From an uncultured delta proteobacterium (GTDB taxonomy: Bacteria; Myxococcota_A; Polyangia; Fen-1088), in the NCBI GenBank assembly GCA_963767925.1, contig CAVYGB010000010.1, forward strand, positions 256,001-320,000: a stretch of DNA of 64,000 nucleotides, in the 5' to 3' direction. Under the pieces are notes generated by a model. The model was given only the letters and a program-made list of their open reading frames with translations, was not told where the DNA came from and did not search any database. A program made the translations under genes and the position numbers. Positions 47,869-63,400 of the stretch are shown one piece after another. Every line of letters begins with the position of its first letter. Position 1 is the first letter of the stretch.

Positions 47869-48600
47869 TCAGGGCGCGGGCGGGCCGAGATCGATCTGGG
47901 CCACCACCGGCAAGTGATCGGAGGCCCAGCGGCTCGAGGCGGTGGTGTGCACCCGGAAGTGGACGAGGGCGGAGGTGGGCTTGACCCAGACGCGATCCAG
48001 GGAGAGGAAGGGGAACCGCGCGGGGAAGCTGCGGCCGCTGCCGCCCCGACCGAAGCGGGCGTGCAACCAGCGCAGCGGCCGGCCCAGGATCAACCACTCG
48101 TTGATGTCCCCCAGCAGCACCGTGACCTCCTCGTCCCCCTCCTCGACCAGCTCGAGGATGCGCTGGACCTGGTAGCGCCGCTCGCTCGGCATCAGGCCGA
48201 GGTGGGTGGCGATCACGCGCAGCTTGCGGCCGCCCGCCGACAGCTCGACGTCGAGCGCGCCGCGCGGCTCGCGCCGGTAGACCGTCAGGTCGAGCTTGCG
48301 CACCTCGAGGATGGGCAGGCGGGTCAACAGCACGTTGCCGTAGTGCCCGTCCTGCCGCTCGATGGTGGGGCCGGAGATGGCGTGCAGGCCGGCGCTGTGC
48401 GCGAGGAACTCCATCTGCACCGACTCGGTCCCCGCCCCGGGCCAGGAGTCCACCTCCTGCAGCGCCACCACGTCCGCCGCCAGCTCGCGCAGGACGTCCG
48501 CGATGCGCTGCGGATCCCGGCGGCCGTCGTTGCCGACGCAGCGGTGGATGTTGTACGAGGCGACGACGACGCGTGGGGGCTGACCGGGCTGCATCGACAT
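47869..48600 (-). CDS. Endonuclease/exonuclease/phosphatase family protein
   Basis: SYNIH, VALQEVD, YGNVLLT, ATHLGL, LLGDINEW, LDRVW, ASDHLPV. Confidence 0.93.
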   Translation of the reverse strand: MSMQPGQPPRVVVASYNIHRCVGNDGRRDPQRIADVLRELAADVVALQEVDSWPGAGTESVQMEFLAHSAGLHAISGPTIERQDGHYGNVLLTRLPILEVRKLDLTVYRREPRGALDVELSAGGRKLRVIATHLGLMPSERRYQVQRILELVEEGDEEVTVLLGDINEWLILGRPLRWLHARFGRGGSGRSFPARFPFLSLDRVWVKPTSALVHFRVHTTASSRWASDHLPVVAQIDLGPPAP

Positions 48601-48630
48601 CTAGCGATATGCGGCCGCTCCCCGCCCCGG

Positions 48631-49148
48631 TCAACCGGGGGAGGCCGCCGCCACCGTCGGCCCAGCCAGAACGCCGCCGGGATCCTCCTGGACCACCACC
48701 TGGTCGCGGCCGCTGCGTTTGGCCCGGTACAGGGCCGCGTCGGCGGCGCGCAGGAGATCCTCGGCCCGCCGCCCGTGCTGGGGAAAGCAAGCCACCCCCA
48801 GCGAGATCGTCACCGCCCCCAGGTGGGTGACCTGGAGCCGCTTGACCGTGCAGCGGAGGCCTCGTCGATGCCCCGGCAAGCCTGTGGGAGCTCGACGAGG
48901 CTGAGGTGAAGGTGGAGCTCCCGCAGGCAGGCATCGTCCAGCTCGCGGCGCTCGGTGATGTCCCGGGAGATGCCGACGATGCCGATGATGTTCGAATCGG
49001 GGTCCCGGTAGGGTCCCTTGGTGGTCAGGAAGGCGCGGGTGACGCCCGCCGATGGGCGCCACTCCTCCAGGGAGCGGGAGACGATGCTCGAGTCGAGCTG
49101 ACATTCCGGGTCAGCCGCGGGCCGGGCGCGCGGCTTGCCGTGGCTCAC
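48631..49148 (-). pseudogene. Remnant of a PAS/PAC-GGDEF diguanylate cyclase gene
   Basis: PAC fragment TTKGPYRDPDSNIIGIVGISRDITER in one frame; GGDEF C-terminal fragment VTISLGVACFP...AADAALYRAKRSGRD in another. The GGDEF motif and N-terminal half are absent. Confidence 0.8.
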
Positions 49149-49161
49149 GCCCGGGGCCGGT

Positions 49162-49551
49162 TCAGGGCGCGGGGGTGTGGCAGCAGGCCTCGATGTTGTG
49201 CCCGTCGGGGTCGAGCACGAACGCTCCGTAGTAGTCCTTGTGGTAATGGGGCCGCAGGCCGGGGGGGCCGTTGTCCTTGCCTCCGGCGGCGATGGCCGCG
49301 CGATAAAACGCGTCGACGAGCGCGCGGCTGTCGGCGCGGAAGGCGATGTGCAGCGGCGGCTTCTGGGGCGTGGCCTGGTGGAGCCAGAAGTCGGGCTTCG
49401 GCGGTACCCCCATCCCCAGCACCATCACCCCGCCCGTGAACTCGACCGGCACCTCCATCAGCACCTGGTAGCCGAGGGGGGCCAGCGCCTCCTGGTAGAA
49501 GCGACGGCTGCGGACAGGGTCACTCACGGCGAGGCCGGTGTGGTCGATCAT
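49162..49551 (-). CDS. VOC/glyoxalase family protein
   Basis: MIDHTGLAVSD, HIAFRA, GGKDNGPPGLRPHYH, YYGAFVLDPDGHNIEA. Confidence 0.94.
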   Translation of the reverse strand: MIDHTGLAVSDPVRSRRFYQEALAPLGYQVLMEVPVEFTGGVMVLGMGVPPKPDFWLHQATPQKPPLHIAFRADSRALVDAFYRAAIAAGGKDNGPPGLRPHYHKDYYGAFVLDPDGHNIEACCHTPAP

Positions 49552-49585
49552 GCCGCCGTCCTAACACGGCGGAGGGCCCCGGCGA

Positions 49586-49912
49586 TCAGGCCTTGACGGC
49601 TTCGTCCACCGTGCCGAAGACCGAGAAGATGCGGCTCAGGCGGGTGATGCGCAGCAGGCCGCTGACGCTGTCGTTGACCCCGCTCAGGTGGAGCCGCCCG
49701 CCCGGGGCGAGCTCCCGTAGAACCGCGACGAGGGTCCCCAGCCCGGAGCTGTCGATGAACGCGACGGCGGTGAGGTCCACGACCACCCGGGAGGCCCCCT
49801 TGGCCCGGGCGCCGAGGACCCGCCGGAACTCGGGCGCTACCAGCGCGTCTATCCGGGCCTGATTGGGTCGGAAGATGACGGCGCCCTCTCGCTCGGTGAC
49901 CGTGACATCCAT
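49586..49912 (-). CDS. STAS domain anti-anti-sigma factor
   Basis: VVVDLTAVAFIDSSGLGTLV, LLRITRL. Confidence 0.9.
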   Translation of the reverse strand: MDVTVTEREGAVIFRPNQARIDALVAPEFRRVLGARAKGASRVVVDLTAVAFIDSSGLGTLVAVLRELAPGGRLHLSGVNDSVSGLLRITRLSRIFSVFGTVDEAVKA

Positions 49913-50007
49913 GGTGAGAGGCCTCCGTGTCCCGGATCGGCTCCCGGGCGAAAAAACTTGAGCCCGACCCTCAAGCGTCACCCGCGGCGGGCCGATGAGC
50001 AGGGCGT

Positions 50008-51216
50008 ATGGACGCGCCCTCTCCCGGTCTTCCCGCCAATCGGGGGAATGCGGCCAAGGCGTCCATCCTGCTCGTCGACGACGGGCCGGAGAATCGGATG
50101 TTGCTGCGCGCCCTGCTGGACCGGGCCGGCTACCGGGTGGTCGTGGCCGACAGCGGGCCGGCCGGGCTGGACCTGCTGCAGCGGGAGGACGTCGAGCTGA
50201 TCGTGCTCGACTACATGATGCCGGGCATGGACGGCCCCGAGGTCGCCCGCCGGGTCCGCCGCGACGGACGCACCGGGCAGATCCCGATCATCATGCTGAC
50301 CGCCTCACAAGAGGAGGTCCACATCGAGGAGGCCTTCGCCGCGGGGGCCAGCGACTACATCACCAAGCCGGTGGATCGGCGCATCCTGCTGGCCCGGGTG
50401 GCGGCCGTGATCCAGGCGGCCGGCGATCAGAAGCGGGCCAAGGAGGCGGCCGAGTTCGAGTGGGAGCGCGAGTCCCTGCTCACCGAGATGAAAGAGGCGG
50501 CCCGCATCCAGCAGGCCAGGCTGCCGAAGCTGCCCGTCATCACGGGCGGCTGGGCCCTGGCGGGGGCGCTGGTGCCCAGCCGGCACATCGGGGGCGACAT
50601 GCTCGATGTCATGGCCGATGGCCAGGGCGGCCTGGTCCTGGCGCTGGTCGACGTCTCGGGGCACGGGCTGGCGGCGGCGCTGGTGGCCGCCTCGGTCTGC
50701 ACCGAGCTGCGCAACCTCGTGTCGACCCACCCGCTGGCCGAGGCGGTAGCCGGGCTCAACCGCGAGCTGTGTCGCGAGCGCGAGGGGAAATACGCCTGCG
50801 TGGCGGTGATGTTGCTCGAGGCGGACCGCACCGTGGTGGTCAACGCCGGCTTGCCCCCCATCTGCTTGATCCGGGGTGGGGTCTGCGTGCAGCGCTTCGA
50901 TGGTTCGGGCACCCCCCCGGGGCTCATGCGCGACGAGGTGTACCAGGCCCAGAGCTGCGACGTGTTGCCCGGCGATCGCCTGGTGCTGATGAGCGACGGC
51001 CTCACCGAGCCCTTCGGCAGCGCCGATTCGGTCGACCCGGCCCTCGACGCCATGGGGCTGCGCGACCCCGCCCTGCAGGTCGAGCGCCTCGGCTCGTCGA
51101 TCCTCTCCGAGCGGATCGTCGAGCTCCTGCACCGGGCCGGGGCGGGCGAGCCGGACGACGCGACCTTGCTGGTGGCGCACCGGCTGGATGGCCCGGGCGG
51201 CGCCTGGGAATCCTGA
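50008..51216 (+). CDS. Response regulator - PP2C/SpoIIE phosphatase
   Basis: REC (ILLVDDG, LDYMMP, TKP), GGDMLD, VDVSGHG, NAGLPP, MSDGLTE, DDATLL. Confidence 0.92.
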   Translation: MDAPSPGLPANRGNAAKASILLVDDGPENRMLLRALLDRAGYRVVVADSGPAGLDLLQREDVELIVLDYMMPGMDGPEVARRVRRDGRTGQIPIIMLTASQEEVHIEEAFAAGASDYITKPVDRRILLARVAAVIQAAGDQKRAKEAAEFEWERESLLTEMKEAARIQQARLPKLPVITGGWALAGALVPSRHIGGDMLDVMADGQGGLVLALVDVSGHGLAAALVAASVCTELRNLVSTHPLAEAVAGLNRELCREREGKYACVAVMLLEADRTVVVNAGLPPICLIRGGVCVQRFDGSGTPPGLMRDEVYQAQSCDVLPGDRLVLMSDGLTEPFGSADSVDPALDAMGLRDPALQVERLGSSILSERIVELLHRAGAGEPDDATLLVAHRLDGPGGAWES

Positions 51217-51236
51217 AGCCGGAGGGAGCACTTCCG

Positions 51237-51593
51237 ATGAACCTCGTCGAACACGTCCAGCAGGGCATCACCATCATCAAGGTGGGCGCCACCCGCATCG
51301 ACGCGGCCTCGGCGGGGGAGTTTCGCAAGTCCATCAGCGCGCTGTCGAGCCGGGGGGTCTCCCGCTTCGTGCTCGATCTGTCGGGCGTCGCGCTGATCGA
51401 CAGCACCGGGCTGGGCGCGCTGGTGGCGGCCCTCAAGGCCTCCGGCCGGCCCGGCAGCGTGGTGGTGTCGGGCGCCCGGGACGCGGTGGCCACCCTGTTC
51501 AGGCTGACCCGGATGGATCGGGTCTTCCGCCAGTACCCCAGCGAGATCGAGGCAGCGGCGGCGCTGGCTCGGGAGTCGGACGCGGCGCCGTGA
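51237..51593 (+). CDS. STAS domain anti-anti-sigma factor
   Basis: GGAGGG RBS; FVLDLSGVALIDSTGLGALV, LFRLTRMDRVF. Confidence 0.9.
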   Translation: MNLVEHVQQGITIIKVGATRIDAASAGEFRKSISALSSRGVSRFVLDLSGVALIDSTGLGALVAALKASGRPGSVVVSGARDAVATLFRLTRMDRVFRQYPSEIEAAAALARESDAAP

Positions 51594-52019
51594 GCCCCCC
51601 GCCGGTCTCCTGGCAAATCGCCAGCCGGCTCGAGTGTGTCGCCCCGCTGGGCGAGGAGCTGCGGGTTGCCTGCGCCGGCTTCGGCCTCAGCAGCGACGCC
51701 GCCGGCGAGGTGGAGCTGTGTGTGGTGGAGATGGTCAACAACTCCATCGAACACGGCTACCGCCTGGACGCGTCCGGCTGGGTCGAGGTGCGGCTGGAGA
51801 GCGATGGCAGCCGGCTGCACATCGAGGTGTGCGACGGCGGGCGGGCGATGCCGCCAGAGACGCTGGCCCAAGCGGTGATGCCGCCCGTCGATCCCGACGA
51901 CCTCCCCTCGCTGCCCGAGGGGGGCATGGGCCTGTCGATCGTCAAGGAGCTGATGGACGACGTCCGCTACGAGAGCACCGCCCTCCGCAACGTCCTCACG
52001 ATGGAGCGCCGGATCGACC

Positions 52020-52030
<11 letters not shown>
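51590..52030 (+). CDS. RsbW-like anti-sigma factor / Ser kinase (HATPase_c_2)
   Basis: ELCVVEMVNNSIEHGY, VCDGG, EGGMGLSIVKELMDDV; GTGA overlap with the STAS gene. Confidence 0.9.
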
Positions 52031-55493
<3,463 letters not shown>

Positions 55494-55597
55494 TGGCGCG
55501 GGGGGTGGGCGCCTGGCGGTACGCCACCCACTGGCCGCGCCAGGAACCTGTCGGCATGGGACTTGAAACGAAAGGGGTAGAGCGGAGGAGAGTCAGA

Positions 55598-56071
55598 ATG
55601 TTGGATCGCGCGCCCTCGTTGCTGTTCCCGGCCACCGTCCGCCGTCACGTGCATCAACAGCACGCCGGCCTGCGGGCGCTGCTGCGGCGGGCCCTGGATC
55701 AGACGACCCGCGCGCTGCGCGGCGAAGGGGGCGGGCTGGAGGAGCTGGTCGCCGCCACGCGCGAGCTGCACCGTCTCTTCCTGGCGCACCTCAACTACGA
55801 GGAGCGGGCCCTGGCCCCGATCCTCCTGATCCTGGACCTGTGGGGGCTCGATCGCGTGACCGAGCTGCAGGAGGAACATGCCCGCCAGCGGGCCCAGCTC
55901 AACACCATCCTCGAAGGCCTCGAGAGCGGCTGGGATCTGCCCCGGCTCGCGCTAACCCTGCGCAGCCTCGCCACCGATCTGCTGTCCGACATGGAGGAAG
56001 AGGAGAAGGGTTGCCTCGAGGCGCCGGCGCTGCGCGAGGAGCTGCTGGGGCACGATCGCCTTCTTTACTGA
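55598..56071 (+). CDS. Hemerythrin/HHE-like domain protein
   Basis: QQHAGLR, AHLNYEE, EEHARQR, DMEEEE pattern; GGAGG RBS. Confidence 0.75.
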   Translation: MLDRAPSLLFPATVRRHVHQQHAGLRALLRRALDQTTRALRGEGGGLEELVAATRELHRLFLAHLNYEERALAPILLILDLWGLDRVTELQEEHARQRAQLNTILEGLESGWDLPRLALTLRSLATDLLSDMEEEEKGCLEAPALREELLGHDRLLY

Positions 56072-56379
56072 GGACCGACGGAAGGACAGTCGCGATGGCC
56101 GCACGCCCGGGGCCCGGGCTGACGGGGGCCAGCGCCGGTCGGGCTGGCCGGGGCGCCGGCTCGGACCCAGCTTGACGCTTGCGGTTGGGACCTCTGGGCC
56201 TGGGGGTCCAGGGCGGGCCGCAGGAGATCAAGGCCCTGGCGTCCGGCTTTCCAGGGGCTCACCGGGACGTTTCGGGTTGTTCGCCCGGAATGAGGGACGA
56301 AGGTGCGACTGTTGGGCGGGCGAACCGGTTCCCGGCACACCTTGCGGGGGAGACGGGCCTTGCCCCGGAAGGACGGAAC

Positions 56380-57393
56380 ATGCAGCTCGGAATGATCGGC
56401 CTCGGTCGGATGGGTGCCAACATGGTGCGGCGGCTGCTGCGCGGCGGGCACCGCTGCGTGGTGCACGACCGGAGCGCGGAGGCGGTGGCGGCGATGGTCC
56501 GGGAGGGGGCCCAGGGCGCCGCCTCGGCGGCCGAGCTGATCGCGGCCCTGGAGGCCCCCCGCACCATCTGCCTGATGGTGCCGGCGGCGGTCGTCGACGG
56601 GGTGATCGGGGAGCTGGCGCCCCGGCTCGCCCGGGGTGACACGCTGATCGACGGCGGCAACTCGCACTACCAGGACGACCTCGCCCGCAGCCGCCGCCTC
56701 GGGGAGCAGGGCATCCACCTCATCGACATGGGCACCAGCGGCGGCGTGTGGGGGCTCGAGCGGGGCTATTGCCTCATGATCGGCGGCGACGGCGAGGTGG
56801 TGCAGCGCCTGGATCCGATCTTCGCCACCCTGGCGCCCGGACGGGGGGACATCCCGCGTACGCCGGGGCGGGAAGCGCGCGGCGGGACGGCCGAACAGGG
56901 GTACCTGCACTGCGGGGCCAGCGGCGCCGGGCACTTCGTGAAGATGGTCCACAACGGCATCGAATACGCGCTGATGGCGTCTTACGCCGAGGGGCTCAAC
57001 GTCCTCAAGAAGGCCAACGTGGGCAAGCAGACCCACGCCGCCGATGCCGAGACCACTCCCCTGCGCCACCCCGAGCACTACCAGTACGACTTCGACCTCG
57101 CCGAGATCGCCGAGCTGTGGCGGCGGGGCAGCGTCGTTTCCTCCTGGCTGCTCGACCTCACCGCCGGGGCCCTGCTGGGCGACCCCGCGCTCGGGCGCTT
57201 CGGCGGGCGGGTGGCCGATTCGGGCGAGGGGCGCTGGACGCTGGCCGCGGCCAACGACGAGGCGGTGCCGGCCCACGTGCTCGCGGCGGCGCTGTTCGAG
57301 CGCTTCGCCTCGCGCGGGGAGGACGACTTCCAGAACCGGGTGCTCTCGGCGATGCGCCTCGGGTTCGGCGGGCACGTGGAGAAGGCGGAATGA
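56380..57393 (+). CDS. gnd: 6-phosphogluconate dehydrogenase (decarboxylating, short type)
   Basis: [50 protein letters not shown]. Confidence 0.96.
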   Translation: MQLGMIGLGRMGANMVRRLLRGGHRCVVHDRSAEAVAAMVREGAQGAASAAELIAALEAPRTICLMVPAAVVDGVIGELAPRLARGDTLIDGGNSHYQDDLARSRRLGEQGIHLIDMGTSGGVWGLERGYCLMIGGDGEVVQRLDPIFATLAPGRGDIPRTPGREARGGTAEQGYLHCGASGAGHFVKMVHNGIEYALMASYAEGLNVLKKANVGKQTHAADAETTPLRHPEHYQYDFDLAEIAELWRRGSVVSSWLLDLTAGALLGDPALGRFGGRVADSGEGRWTLAAANDEAVPAHVLAAALFERFASRGEDDFQNRVLSAMRLGFGGHVEKAE

Positions 57394-58800
57394 CCCGCCC
57401 GGCAGCGGGGGGACAACCTCCGCCGGCGCAGTCCGACGCCCTCGTCTTCTTCGGGGCCACCGGGGATCTGGCCTACAAGAAGATCTTCCCCGCCCTGCAG
57501 GCCCTGGTGGCCCGGGGCCGGCTCGACGTCCCGGTGATCGGGGTGGCCAAGTCGGGCTGGCGACGCGACGACCTGATCGCCCGGGCCCGGGCCAGCCTGG
57601 TCGAGGCCAAGACCCTGGAGAGGCCGGCCTTCGAGAAGCTCGTGTCGCTGCTCCGCTACGTCGACGGGGACTACAACGATCCGGAGACCTTTCGCCAGCT
57701 CGGGGTGGAGCTCGGCGCCGCCCGGCGGCCCGCCTTCTACCTGGCCATCCCCCCCAGCCTGTTTCCCCTCGTGGTCGACCGGCTGGCCGGGCTGCCGGGC
57801 GCCGGGCAGGCGCGGGTCATCCTCGAGAAGCCCTTCGGCCGCGACCTGGCCTCGGCCCGGGCCCTCAACGAGACCTTGCTGCGCGCGTTCCCCGAGCCGT
57901 CCATCTTCCGCATCGACCACTACCTCGGCAAAGAGCCGGTGCAGAACATCCTCTACTTCCGCTTCGCCAACAGCTTCCTCGAGCCGATCTGGAACCGGTC
58001 CTACGTGGAGAACGTCCAGGTCACGATGGCCGAATCATTCGGGGTCAAGGGCCGGGGCAAGTTCTACGACGAGACCGGGATCCTGCGCGACGTCGTGGAG
58101 AACCACCTCCTGCAGGTCATCAGTTACCTGGCCATGGAGGCGCCCTCGACCGGCTACCCCGAGGCGATCCGGGACGAGCAGGCCCAGATCCTGCGCAACA
58201 TCCGCCCGCTCCACCCCGACGAGCTGGTGCAGGGACAGTTCCGAGGCTACCGCCAGGAGCCGGGCGTGGCCCCCGACTCCCGGGTGGCCACCTTCGCGGC
58301 CCTGCGCCTGCACATCGATTCCTGGCGCTGGCACGGTGTCCCCTTCTACGTCCGGGCCGGCAAGCAGCTTCCGGTGACCTGCACCGAGGTGATCGTGGAG
58401 CTGAAGCGGCCGCCGCCGGTGGTGTTTCCCGAGGAGGTGACGGCCGGCGGCAACTACCTGCGCTTCCGGCTGAGCCCCCAGGTGGCGATCGCCCTCGGCG
58501 CCCGGGCCAAGCGGCCCGGCGAGGCCATGGCAGGGTGACCCAGTCGAGCTGAAGGTGATGGAAGAGACCCTGGAGGCCCACGGCCAGCACATGGACGCCT
58601 ACCAGCGGCTGCTGGGCGACGCGATGGCCGGGGACCCCACCCTGTTCGCCCGGCAAGACGTCGTCGAGGCGGCCTGGGCGGTCGTCGATCCGGTGCTGCG
58701 AGCCTCCGGCCCCCTGCACGTCTACGAGCCGGGCTCCTGGGGGCCACCGGAGGCCGACGCGCTCGTGCATGAGGTGGGTGGCTGGAACACGCCCGCCTGA
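57390..58800 (+). CDS. zwf: Glucose-6-phosphate 1-dehydrogenase, frameshifted at 58533-58535
   Basis: [35 protein letters not shown]. Removing one G from GCAGGGTGAC joins to VELKV...[13 protein letters not shown]...YEPGSWGP. Confidence 0.93.
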
Positions 58801-58849
58801 TCCGGGCGCCCGCTCAAGCTGTCCGGGGGACCTGACGAATGCAGGCAGA

Positions 58850-60118
58850 ATGTACTCAGGCCCGGTGGAAGCGCTGCTCGCCGCAATTCAGGAGTTGTCC
58901 CGACTCAAGGAATTGCCCGACGTGATGGCGGCGGTCGAGCGGGCGGCCCGCGCGCTCACGGGCGCGGACGGCGTCACCTTCGTCCTGCGCGAGGGGGAGA
59001 ACGTCTTTTACGCCCACGAGGACGCCATCGGCCCGCTCTGGAAGGGCCGCCGCTTCCCGGCGAAGGACTGCGTGTCCGGCTGGGCGATGGCCCACCGGGA
59101 GTCGGTCGTCATCGAGGACATCTTCGCCGACCAGCGGGTGCCCCTCGACGCCTACCGCCCGACCTTCGTGAAGAGCCTGGCCATGGTGCCCATCCGCAAG
59201 GAGGACCCGATCGGGGCCATCGGCGCCTACTGGGCCACCCGCCGGATGCCCACCGCGGCCGAGGTGGAGCGGCTGGAGTGCCTGGCCGCCTCGGCGGCGG
59301 TGGCGGTGGCCAACGCCGAGCTGCTGCGCGATCTGCAGCGGCGAGAGGACGATCTCAAGGTCGCGCTGGTGAGCGAGCAGGCCGCCCGGGCGCAGGCCGA
59401 GACGGCTCTGCAGCAGCGGGACGAGTTCCTCAGCATCGCCTCGCACGAGCTGCGCACGCCCTTGACCTCGCTCCAGCTCGACGTGGCGATGTTCACCCGG
59501 GCCAGACGGGAGCAGGTCGGCGAGGCCGAGCGCCAGCGCCTTTCCCGGATGGAGGGCCAGGTCCAGAAGCTCGACAACCTCATCGAGCAGCTCCTCGACG
59601 TCTCGCGCATCATGTTGCGCCGGCTGAACATCGAGCCGGGCGCCGTCGACGGCGCCGAGGTCGTCGCGGCGGTGGTGGACCGCTTCCAGGAGCTGGCCCG
59701 GGTCGCCCCGGCCTCCGCGATAACGCTGGTGGGAGAGGGGCCGGCGCCGGGGCACTGGGACCGGGCCCGGCTCGAGCAGGTGCTGGCCATCTTGCTGTCG
59801 AACGCCCTCAAATACGGGGGCGCCGAGCCGGTCACGGTGCGCTTCGCCGCCGACCCGCGCACCTTGCGGATCGAGGTGCGGGACGCCGGCATCGGCATCC
59901 CGCCCGCCGACCAGCCCCGCATCTTCGACCGCTTCTTCCGGGGGGCGCCGGCCAGCAACCTGCCCGGGCTGGGGCTCGGGCTCTGGATCGCCCGGGAGAT
60001 CGTCACCGCCCACGGGGGAACCATCTCGGTCGAGAGCGCGGTCGGACAGGGCTCGACCTTCCGGCTCGAGCTGCCCCGCGAGCTGGGCGCCCTGCCCACC
60101 CGCCCGCTCGCGAGCTGA
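58850..60118 (+). CDS. GAF-domain sensor histidine kinase
   Basis: GAF (ADGVTFVLRE, LWKGRRFP, KSLAMVPI, AIGAYW), ASHELRTP, NALKY, DAGIGI, GLGLGL. Confidence 0.93.
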   Translation: MYSGPVEALLAAIQELSRLKELPDVMAAVERAARALTGADGVTFVLREGENVFYAHEDAIGPLWKGRRFPAKDCVSGWAMAHRESVVIEDIFADQRVPLDAYRPTFVKSLAMVPIRKEDPIGAIGAYWATRRMPTAAEVERLECLAASAAVAVANAELLRDLQRREDDLKVALVSEQAARAQAETALQQRDEFLSIASHELRTPLTSLQLDVAMFTRARREQVGEAERQRLSRMEGQVQKLDNLIEQLLDVSRIMLRRLNIEPGAVDGAEVVAAVVDRFQELARVAPASAITLVGEGPAPGHWDRARLEQVLAILLSNALKYGGAEPVTVRFAADPRTLRIEVRDAGIGIPPADQPRIFDRFFRGAPASNLPGLGLGLWIAREIVTAHGGTISVESAVGQGSTFRLELPRELGALPTRPLAS

Positions 60119-60469
60119 GCGGCACCGCCGGCCCGCTGACGGACCGGCGCGCGCGTCGTCGCCGGGAACGTTGGATATGTCGAGCGCCGCTGCGCGGGTC
60201 TCCGCGCGTCCGTGATCGAGGGCACGATGGTGTGCGCGGTTGTCGCGCAATATCGTCCTGTGGTTTCGCAGCCATAGCGTCAGGGCAGGCCACCCAGGCC
60301 GCCGGTTCGGGCCGCCCTTGCGAGCGGAATTGTCAAACCAACCGGGGGCTCACCGGGAATCGCTGGTGGACAAATACCCTCTAAGGGTTGTTAGCTACAC
60401 AGAGCGACGGCCATGTGCGCCTCAAGCAGGGCCGATACAACGCCTCCGTCACGAACAGAGGGCACCTCA

Positions 60470-63400
60470 ATGAGCAAGGTCGCGGGTTTCGCGCGAGGTC
60501 TTCTGGCTGCTGCTGCGCTCCTCAGCCTGAGCTGTAGCACCAAGGCCTTCAACACCAAAGCAGTCGGCACCAGCGCCGGCGCCGACGCGGGCGTCCGTCC
60601 GCCCGGCGGGTCGACCGGGGAAAACGGGGATGGCAAGGACCCCTCGGCCCCGCTCTGCCCCAGCGAGGTCGCCTCGCCGAAGGCGGTCGGCCAGACCTGC
60701 GCCTGCGACATCGAATGCGCCACCGGCACCTGCCTCGGTCGCGTCTGTTGCGCGGGCAGCGCCTGTACCCCCTTGAGCCCGCTCGGCGCGGTCTGCGAGG
60801 ACGACGCCGAGTGCCAGTCGAGCTTCTGCGCGGACGGCGTCTGTTGCAACGTGGCCTGTTCGGGGGCCTGCGTCTCCTGCAACCAGGCCGAGCAGATGGG
60901 CGAATGTACGCCCATCCCCGCGGGCGGCGAGGACATCCACAACGTCTGCCGGCGCGATTCGCCCGATAGCTGCGGCCAGAGCGGGTTCTGCAACGGCCAG
61001 GGCGGCTGCGCCAAATACGCCGCCGGGACCACCTGCCAGCTCGCCTCCTGCGAGGGCGGGGGCAAGGAGAGCTTCATCCCGGCCAGCCTCTGCGACGGCG
61101 AGGGCACCTGCATCAACGGCTCGGCCATCTCCTGCTCGCCCTCGACCTGCGAGGGGGGGGCCTGTCGCAGCAGCTGCACCAGCACCGCCGACTGCATGAC
61201 GCCCAACAGCTGCGTGAGCGGGAGCTGCGGCCCCAAGGGCCCCGGCCAGGACTGCACCAGCAACAACCAGTGCGCCTCGAACTTCTGCGTGGACGGGGTC
61301 TGTTGCGAGAGCGCCTGCAACACCCCCTGCACCTTCTGCGCGAACCCGGACGCCCGGGGCAAGTGCGTGCCGGTGCGAGCCGGCAGCATCGACCAGCGGA
61401 CCGCGCGCGGGGAACGCGACCCGGCCCGGGCCTGCCAGGACGAGGGCCCCACGAGCTGCGGCAACGACGGCCGCTGCAACGGCCAGGGCGGCTGCCAGAA
61501 GTACCGCGAGGGCACGGTCTGCCGCGACCCGCGCTGCGACTCGGCCGCCAACACCGAGACCCGGGCCGGCACCTGCATGGGCGGATCTTGCCGGGTGCCC
61601 CAGCCCCAGACCTGCGGGCCCTACAAGGGCTGCTCGGGCAGCGCCTGCCGGGGGAGCTGCGGCAGCGACTCGCAGTGTGTGAGCCCCAACGTCTGCATCA
61701 GCGGCGACTGCGGTCGCAAGCCGACCGGCGCCGTGTGCAGCCGGGCGGCGGAGTGCATGAGCAACGTCTGCGCCCAGGGGCGCTGCTGCTCTGCCGCCTG
61801 CGGCGGCACCTGCAAGTCGTGCGCGCTGCCCGGCCGGGAAGGCACCTGCTCGAACGTGGGCGCGGGCGGGGCCGACCCCACCGGCACCTGCCGCGACGAC
61901 GCCTGCTCGAACGGGTGCGACGGCAACGGCGGCTGCCGGCGGGAGATCGCCGGCACCACCTGCGGCGGGGCCACCTGCAGCGGCAACGCCCGGGTCACCC
62001 GCACCTGCAACGCCAGCGGCTCCTGCCAGACGGCGAACTTCGCCTGCGGCGCCGGGTTCACCTGCAACGGCGGGAGCTGCGTCGCCGCCCCGAAGCAGAA
62101 CGGCGACCCCTGCGTGTCGGCGGCCGAGTGCGCCTCCAACCTTTGCACGAACAACGTCTGCTGCGCCGGGGCGTGCGGCGGCGCCTGCAAGGAGTGCCAG
62201 CGGGGCACCGGGGCCTGCGTCAATCGGGTCGGCGGCTGCGGCAGCGGCGGCACCTGCATGACCGGCACCTGCTGCCAGGGGGGCCAGACCAACTGCGGCG
62301 GGGCCTGCCGCAACCTCGACAGCGACGAGGCCAACTGCGGCCGCTGCGGCGGCGCCTGCGCCCCCGGCCTGACCTGCGTGAACGGGGCCTGCACCCTGGT
62401 CTGCAATCCGCCCGAGCGGGTGTGCGGCGGCGACTGCGTGGACGTCACCTCCGACATCCGCCACTGCGGCGACTGCAACAACCCCTGCCCGGCCGGCTCG
62501 ACCTGCACCCGGGGCGCTTGCACCTGCAGCGGCGGGCGCACGTTGTGCGGGAACACCTGCGTGGACACCGGCAGCACCGAGGCCCACTGCGGGGGCTGCA
62601 ACCGGCCCTGCGGGCCGGGACAGCTCTGCGTGGGCGGGTCCTGTCAGGCCACCTGCAACACCGTCATGTGCGGGGCGACCTGCTGCGCCCCCGGGCAGGT
62701 CTGCTCGTCGGGTCGCTGCTGCCCGGCCGGTCAGGCGAGCTGCGGCGGCGCCTGCCGGGACCTCGACGAGGACGAGGCCTTCTGCGGTGCCTGCAACAAG
62801 CGCTGCGGCGTGGGCGAGACCTGCTGCGGCGGCACCTGCAAGAACCTCGGCAACGACGCCGCCAACTGCGGCACCTGCGGCAGCGCCTGCGCCATGGGCC
62901 AGCGCTGCGTCGCCGGGGACTGCAGCGCGATCTGCGAGGGCACGCCCTGCGGTGAGCAGTGCTGCCAGGGCGCCACGCCGGTCTGCTCGGACGAGCGCTG
63001 TTGCCCGACCGGCCAGGCCAACTGCGGCGGCGCCTGCCGCAACTTCAACAACGACGAGGCCAACTGCGGCGCCTGCGGCCGGGCCTGCGGCGCCGGACAG
63101 ACCTGCTGCAGCGGGGTGTGCCGGAGCCTGCAGAGCGACGAGAGCCACTGCGGGACCTGCGGCCGGGCCTGCGGGGCCAACCAGTCCTGCGAGGGGGGCG
63201 CCTGCAACGTGAACTGCCCGCCCGGACAGACGAACTGCGGCGGGAGCTGCCAGAACCTGCAGAACGACGGATCCAACTGCGGCATGTGCGGCCGGGCCTG
63301 CGGGGCCAACCAGACCTGCTGCGGCGGCACCTGCAAGAGCCTGGAGACCGACCCGGCCAACTGCGGGATGTGCGGCCGGACCTGCGGAGCCAACCAGATG

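Noticed and set aside
58536..58538. TGA in zwf as selenocysteine or readthrough
   Set aside because: The downstream homology continues in a different frame, so this is an indel, not recoding.
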